This document shows positions 16,215 to 20,955 of a DNA stretch of 20,955 nt, one piece after another (position 1 is the stretch's first letter; every line of letters begins with the position of its first letter). Below the pieces are notes generated by a model that was not told where the DNA came from, made no database searches, and was given only the letters and a program-made list of their open reading frames with translations. Source of the stretch: an archaeon (GTDB lineage: Archaea; Iainarchaeota; Iainarchaeia; Iainarchaeales; 1-14-0-10-31-34); contig JBDRIL010000032.1 of NCBI GenBank assembly GCA_043815885.1, positions 1 to 20,955 of the forward strand, written 5' to 3'. The position numbers and the translations under genes were made by a program.

Positions 16215-16892
16215 CTATTTCTTCCAGCTCTTTCTTGTTTCTTTGTCGCCTGATTCTTCTCTGAACCATTTTGCCAGAACGCTTGCTGCGCCAATTACTG
16301 GTTCTAAGTCATCACCTTTAACTATGAATTTTATTTTTGGATTGGCTCCTTTCAAACTGCTTCCATCCACTATTACTTCCTTTTTTTCATCCAGTGAATC
16401 AAATAATTCCTTTATCCTGTTTATTGTTTTGGATTCTATTTCATTTAAATTCATTCCCTTGTTTCTCAGCCTGTCAACAAAGGAAGCATTGAATGAAACA
16501 ATTACCTGGGCAGAACTGTTTTCTGTGAGCAGTAAGAACTTCTCCTTAATGTTCTTTACCTTCTTGCTGTCCCTCAGTTCTCTCAGATAATCATTGTTTC
16601 CTAGGACTGCTCCAACCACAAATGCGCCCTCTCCTTCTCCTCTTCCTGTCTCATCTATTCCGATTGCTTCTTCTTCGTTTAAATTCATTTTCTCCAGAAT
16701 TAATTTCTTTACCGTTTCGCAGTCCTTTCCCTGGATAACGACTCTTCCGGAAGAATAGAGCGTTACAGTGCTTGCATTGATTCTTGCCCTCATTTCCTCA
16801 AAAGAAGTATTTGTTTTATTTAAGGGAAATTTATTCATTATTTCCTTTACTTCTTCTTTCTGTTTTAATCCAAAATTCAGTACTCTCTGCAT
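16215..16892 (-). CDS. Type 2 ribonuclease H with an RNase HIII-type TBP-like N-terminal domain
   Basis: N-domain ARINASTVTLYSSGRVVIQGKD; catalytic-domain motifs IGIDETGRG, LRDSKK, IVDG, KGD, IGAASVLAK; C-terminal RKSW. Confidence 0.85.
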   Translation of the reverse strand: MQRVLNFGLKQKEEVKEIMNKFPLNKTNTSFEEMRARINASTVTLYSSGRVVIQGKDCETVKKLILEKMNLNEEEAIGIDETGRGEGEGAFVVGAVLGNNDYLRELRDSKKVKNIKEKFLLLTENSSAQVIVSFNASFVDRLRNKGMNLNEIESKTINRIKELFDSLDEKKEVIVDGSSLKGANPKIKFIVKGDDLEPVIGAASVLAKWFREESGDKETRKSWKK

Positions 16893-16983
16893 TCTTTCAA
16901 CCCATTAATAGATTAAAAGCAAAAGAAATATATTAATGTACTGGACAATTAATACGGAAAAAGGATTTTAAGGAGAAGAACAA

Positions 16984-17736
16984 ATGAATCACAAATTAAT
17001 TTATGCTCTATTATTGGTTGTTTTGGTTATCTGGATAAGTGGATGCATTGAAGAAATGGAAGAAATAGAAGGACAGGACAAAGAAATTGCGGGAGAAGTG
17101 GGAGAAGAGGACTGGACTGAGATAAAAAAAGATGAATGGAGGGAAGCAGAACAAACAGATTACGATAGATATATTGAATGCACTAAAAAGAGTCTTGCTG
17201 TAGAAAGGGACACCTGCATCTATGACTTGGCTTTGGAATTAATGGAAGAAACTGCCTGCAACAGAGTAGAATCAGGCTTAATGGGAAAAAATTTAACAGA
17301 TACAATTGAGTACTGCAAGAGGCAGGTAAAACTGAAAAAAGCAATCGAGTTGAACAGCCTGGAAGAATGCAGGAAACTGGATTTTGGTTTTGATTCGGAT
17401 AACTGCGTTAAAGAGATTGCTTTAAGGAGAAATGATTCAGGCGTCTGCAATGAAATAAGTGATTCAGCGATAAATGTTAATTGCTTGAATGGGATTGCGA
17501 TAAAGCAAAAAAATATAGAGATATGCAATGAAATCACATTAGAAAACGCCAGAGGCGGCTGTTACACTAATGTGGCTGTTTCTTCTTTTGATGAGTCAAT
17601 CTGTGATATATATGAAAATATTACCGTAAAAGACAACTGCATTCTTTCAGTTGCACAGGCAAAAAAAGATTCAAGTGTGTGCGAGAAAATATTCTCTGAG
17701 TTAACGAAAAATCACTGCCTGAAGACAACTCAATGA
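16984..17736 (+). CDS. Putative lipoprotein with ~26-aa Cys repeats (C-X13-C-X11)
   Basis: ISGC lipobox-like motif; repeats such as CVKEIALRRNDSGVC, CLNGIAIKQKNIEIC, CYTNVAVSSFDESIC, CILSVAQAKKDSSVC; RBS AGGAG. Confidence 0.85.
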   Translation: MNHKLIYALLLVVLVIWISGCIEEMEEIEGQDKEIAGEVGEEDWTEIKKDEWREAEQTDYDRYIECTKKSLAVERDTCIYDLALELMEETACNRVESGLMGKNLTDTIEYCKRQVKLKKAIELNSLEECRKLDFGFDSDNCVKEIALRRNDSGVCNEISDSAINVNCLNGIAIKQKNIEICNEITLENARGGCYTNVAVSSFDESICDIYENITVKDNCILSVAQAKKDSSVCEKIFSELTKNHCLKTTQ

Positions 17737-20064
17737 CTAGAGCTCTCTTAAATAGCCCCAGTTATGCAGTTTATCGCTGTCTTCAACCCATCTGTCTCCA
17801 ATATCTGTCCTGTAATACATGTTTGGGATTATGATGTTTTTTATTCTGCTGTATGCCTGGTGCTGTGCTTGCCTCATGGTTTGGCCTGTTCCGCAAATAA
17901 TAAGCACGACTCCAGAAGTGCCTGTTATAAGCCACTCGCCATTAATTTTTTTCACGTCTTCTATGTGAACGCCGTCAATTGGCTTTTTGAAGAAAATAAC
18001 TGAATCCTTTGATTTGACTTCAAAGATTTCCTTGTCCTTATAAGGGAAGGGCGGAACAACTACTCTTATGCCTACCTGAAAACCGCTTTTAACATTTAGT
18101 CTTGGCTTGTTTCCGTGAGCCAATTCATAGAAAAAATCTCCAATAGGATTTATCATTGACTCCTGCTGAATGCTTATAGTGGGATAACCAAAGCGGGAAG
18201 TCCATTCCAATGGATAAATTCCGTTATTGTTTACTATGCAATTAATATCAATGTACCCTATATATCCTTCTTCAGCTAACTTTGACTCCATTTTTTTCAA
18301 TGTATTATTAAAAATCCTGTTAGGCCCGCTCCAGAACATGGATGTGTTTCCACACCAGAATGGCTTGAAATTCCGCCTAACATACATTACGTGATTCTTT
18401 ACAGTAGCACAATAAACCTTTCCACTGTATTTAACTATTTTTGTATCTCTTCTGTCTATCCATGAATCCAGCTTCTTTACTCTTTCAATTACTTCATATT
18501 GTGGCTTTAGAGAGTTAGCAAAATGATCTTTTATCCATACCTTTTCCTTTCTTTTCCTCATTTTTATAATTCCAACCCTGCCTATTTTCAGCAGTAATTC
18601 CTGTATGTCACCCGCAAGTTTTTCTGAAGAAGTATAAAAAATTCTGAAGCCATTCTTCATTATTGTTGCGTCTCCTAATGCAAACCAGTCAAGGAATATG
18701 CCTATCTGTCTTGGGTTTAATTCCTTTACAAATTTTGTGACATATTTTTCGTTTGCTTTTCCAAATTCTTTCAAATAAGAAGAAAGTTGCTTGCTGTAAA
18801 TATAAAATTCGTTTTTTCCTGCAGAAAATTTGAAAGGAAGTTTCTTTAATAATTCTTCTATTAATTTTGTTTTACCTGGTATCTTTTGTGTTACGCCTGT
18901 TTTATAATTGGAAACATAACCGTCTGCTAACCATATCCCCATAAAGGCTATCCAGTCATCCATTGGAATTTTTAGTTCAGGAGATTTGTGCAGCATTACC
19001 TGGTTTCCTTCGTAGTGACCAATTTCTACTGTTGGCAGAATAAAGTATTGTTCTTCTCTGCCAATCCAGACGCCTGTTCTCTTTATTACTGACTGACTCT
19101 GCAGATCACGGGCTTTTACAAAACCGAACTCGTTTTTTTTGTTTCTTGCATTCCATTGCGTTGAAACATACATATTGTGGTCCAGTGTCACCATTATATC
19201 CAGTGTCTGATTTTGAATTGAAATCATTTCTTTGTGGTGATCAAAGCAAACAATTGATTCAGGACAATGAAATTCAATCAGTGAATTCAAAGGATTCAAG
19301 GTGCATATCTTGTCTTCATAAGTTAAATCTTTGAAAAATTTCCAGCCTTCCTCAGTTAAAACCTCGGTCTTTTCATCATAGCAACCCATTTCTCCTGTTG
19401 AAGGCCCTAAATTTCCTGGAAACAATTTCTTGTGCTCGAAATTCACGTTTATCGGGTAAATGAATTCCTTTCCATCAAAGAAAGCCCCAACTGCTACCTC
19501 CACCCCGACAATTCTTTTTTGCAGCTGGAATAAAGGAATTTTTTTTGCCCAGGCTTTGTTGTAGTCATTTAAGACCTGTATGACGTCCCTGCCGTCATCT
19601 TCTTCTCCAATGAAAAGCAGTCCCTTAATGTTTTGCGCCTGCCCGCTTGGCTTTAATACATATTTTCCTGGGTTTTCTTTCACGAAAATTATTGCTTCAT
19701 CAAAGGAAGTGAAATCACGGTATGGAATTATTGGAACGCCGTGGCTTTTCAATTCCTCCTGCCCAAAAGCCCTGTCATCCTCCAGCCTGTCAGTGTATGG
19801 CGTGCCTCCAATTACTGCCTTTCCTTCTTTGCGCAGTTTTTCTGCTTTCTTGCCTTGCCCTAAAACGTCATCAAAAACAATTACGTCCGCCCAAGAAACC
19901 TCCTGCTTCCAGTCATCAACCTTTGGAAAAAATCCGTCTCCAACTTCTCTTTCCTCTGGGGTTTCAACACAATACTTTACGCTATGCCCTTCCTTGACAA
20001 GCTGCCATGCAATGTCCCCAATAAGGTTATCAAGAGAAATAAAAAGAAAATTCTTAGGTTCCAT
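17737..20064 (-). CDS. Divergent PurD-like (phosphoribosylamine-glycine ligase family) ATP-grasp ligase, interrupted by an intein
   Basis: LEDDRAFG, YVLKP, EHKKLFPGNLGPSTGEMG, LEWTSRFGYP and YYRTDIG are GARS-family motifs. Exteins total about 429 aa from ATG 20064. Confidence 0.85.
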   Translation of the reverse strand: MEPKNFLFISLDNLIGDIAWQLVKEGHSVKYCVETPEEREVGDGFFPKVDDWKQEVSWADVIVFDDVLGQGKKAEKLRKEGKAVIGGTPYTDRLEDDRAFGQEELKSHGVPIIPYRDFTSFDEAIIFVKENPGKYVLKPSGQAQNIKGLLFIGEEDDGRDVIQVLNDYNKAWAKKIPLFQLQKRIVGVEVAVGAFFDGKEFIYPINVNFEHKKLFPGNLGPSTGEMGCYDEKTEVLTEEGWKFFKDLTYEDKICTLNPLNSLIEFHCPESIVCFDHHKEMISIQNQTLDIMVTLDHNMYVSTQWNARNKKNEFGFVKARDLQSQSVIKRTGVWIGREEQYFILPTVEIGHYEGNQVMLHKSPELKIPMDDWIAFMGIWLADGYVSNYKTGVTQKIPGKTKLIEELLKKLPFKFSAGKNEFYIYSKQLSSYLKEFGKANEKYVTKFVKELNPRQIGIFLDWFALGDATIMKNGFRIFYTSSEKLAGDIQELLLKIGRVGIIKMRKRKEKVWIKDHFANSLKPQYEVIERVKKLDSWIDRRDTKIVKYSGKVYCATVKNHVMYVRRNFKPFWCGNTSMFWSGPNRIFNNTLKKMESKLAEEGYIGYIDINCIVNNNGIYPLEWTSRFGYPTISIQQESMINPIGDFFYELAHGNKPRLNVKSGFQVGIRVVVPPFPYKDKEIFEVKSKDSVIFFKKPIDGVHIEDVKKINGEWLITGTSGVVLIICGTGQTMRQAQHQAYSRIKNIIIPNMYYRTDIGDRWVEDSDKLHNWGYLREL
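18346..19383 (-). mobile_element. Class 1 intein (346 aa) with LAGLIDADG homing endonuclease
   Basis: Block A CYDEKTEVLTEEGWK, block B VTLDH, HEN motifs FMGIWLADG and FLDWFALGDA, block F YSGKVYCATV, block G KPFWCGN followed by Thr+1. Confidence 0.95.
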
Positions 20065-20145
20065 AAAAAATGATTCCCAAAAATAATCATTCACTGAATA
20101 TCTTTAAATTCTTTCTATTAAAAGGCTCAGAGTTGAGTTAATTCT

Positions 20146-20664
20146 TCATTCCTTATTTACAAGAACTTCTTTGATGTTTTTTGTCAGCTTCACTATGTTT
20201 GTTTTTCCGTGTTTTTCTATCTCTATAACTCCTCTGTCGGAAAGCCTTTGAAGAATGCGGTGGCTTTTTAGTTTGCCAATGCCTTCAATTCTTGAGATTT
20301 CAGATTGAAATACTTTTCCGTTATTTTCAAGGATTTTCTGGATTACTGCTTTTTCGTCCTTGTTCAGGAACTGAATTAAAGCCTGTGTTACTTTTTCCAG
20401 ATCCTTTTTCTTGTCCTCAAGCTTTGTTGTCATGAAAAAGAAAACTATTGCGCCAATAACTATCCCGCTCAAGATAAAGACTGGCACCAGTTGATTCATT
20501 AATTCAACCCTCTGTTCATGCTGGCAGACGCCGTCAACAATACATATCTCTGGATTGCTTTCAGAGAGTATTACCGGTGAATAAAAAACAAGCGCAATAA
20601 GGCATATGAGTACAATGACCCCAGCAATAGTTCTCTTGTTTGAGAAATCAATCTTTAGCTCCAT
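20146..20664 (-). CDS. Membrane-bound transcriptional regulator (2 TM segments plus C-terminal MarR-like wHTH; COG2512-like)
   Basis: LNKDEKAVIQKILENNGKVFQSEISRIEGIGKLKSHRILQRLSDRGVIEIEKHGKTNIVKL; RBS AGGAG before ATG 20664. Confidence 0.85.
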   Translation of the reverse strand: MELKIDFSNKRTIAGVIVLICLIALVFYSPVILSESNPEICIVDGVCQHEQRVELMNQLVPVFILSGIVIGAIVFFFMTTKLEDKKKDLEKVTQALIQFLNKDEKAVIQKILENNGKVFQSEISRIEGIGKLKSHRILQRLSDRGVIEIEKHGKTNIVKLTKNIKEVLVNKE

Positions 20665-20715
20665 TAGAATCTCCTTTGTATGCAACTATTTTTAAGCTAA
20701 ATCATGTATTCTCAC

Positions 20716-20744
20716 GGTTTCAAGAATCAATATTAATGGTTTCA
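20716..20744. promoter_or_regulatory. GGTTTCA direct repeats flanking a TATA-like AATATTAA in a divergent promoter
   Basis: GGTTTCA at 20716-20722 and 20738-20744 (22-bp period); AATATTAA at 20729-20736. Confidence 0.4.
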
Positions 20745-20769
20745 GTAGCAGTATGTATGGTGATTCCAA

Positions 20770-20955
20770 ATGAAAACAGAATTGAATCTAGAAATAAAAG
20801 GAATGCACTGCAAAAGCTGTGCAGAATTAATCAAAAGCCATTTGTCTGGATTAGATGGAATTGAATCAGCAGACGCAAGCTATGCAGAAGAAAGAGCAAA
20901 GATACGTTTTGATTCAGATAAGATATCCCAAGAGAAGATTGAAGAAGAAATAAAT
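20770..20955 (+). CDS. Heavy-metal-associated (HMA) domain protein, truncated by the window end
   Basis: Translated by hand: MKTELNLEIKGMHCKSCAELIKSHLSGLDGIESADASYAEERAKIRFDSDKISQEKIEEEIN. GMxCxxC motif; RBS GGTGA at 20759-20763. Confidence 0.92.
   Translation, partial: MKTELNLEIKGMHCKSCAELIKSHLSGLDGIESADASYAEERAKIRFDSDKISQEKIEEEIN

Noticed and set aside
16930..16953. Imperfect palindrome TATTAATGT...ACAATTAATA between the RNase H and lipoprotein genes
   Set aside because: AT-rich and adequately explained by back-to-back TATA boxes of divergent promoters.
20640..20864. 74-aa plus-strand ORF in the track
   Set aside because: It crosses the divergent promoter and overlaps the HMA gene, which is in another frame with a clear motif and RBS.

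Overview
AT-rich, densely coding archaeal chromosomal segment. Archaeal origin is shown by TATA/BRE promoters, GGTGA-type RBSs, tRNA-splicing endonuclease EndA, an archaeal ZPR1-type zinc finger and an archaeal-type TrpRS. Basic orphan proteins and Cys-repeat lipoproteins suggest a DPANN lineage, possibly Diapherotrites/Iainarchaeota (inference only). Recognisable genes: K+-dependent, probably Na+-pumping pyrophosphatase (hppA), endA, a SAM methyltransferase, trpS, a USP-like protein, an alkaline-phosphatase-superfamily protein, a thioredoxin/DsbA-like protein, TatD, ZPR1, an RNase HII/HIII hybrid, a divergent PurD-like ligase, two winged-HTH regulators and a truncated HMA-domain gene. There are two LAGLIDADG-type elements: a 346-aa intein in the PurD-like gene, and a free-standing HTH-LAGLIDADG gene overlapping the 3' end of hppA by 133 nt in antisense. 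Other notable points: a four-arm double-palindrome array (13347-13437), a candidate anti-Shine-Dalgarno small RNA or leader (about 337-440), EndA with Thr at the catalytic Lys position, and several micro-ORFs missed by the ORF track. No rRNA, tRNA or CRISPR array was seen.
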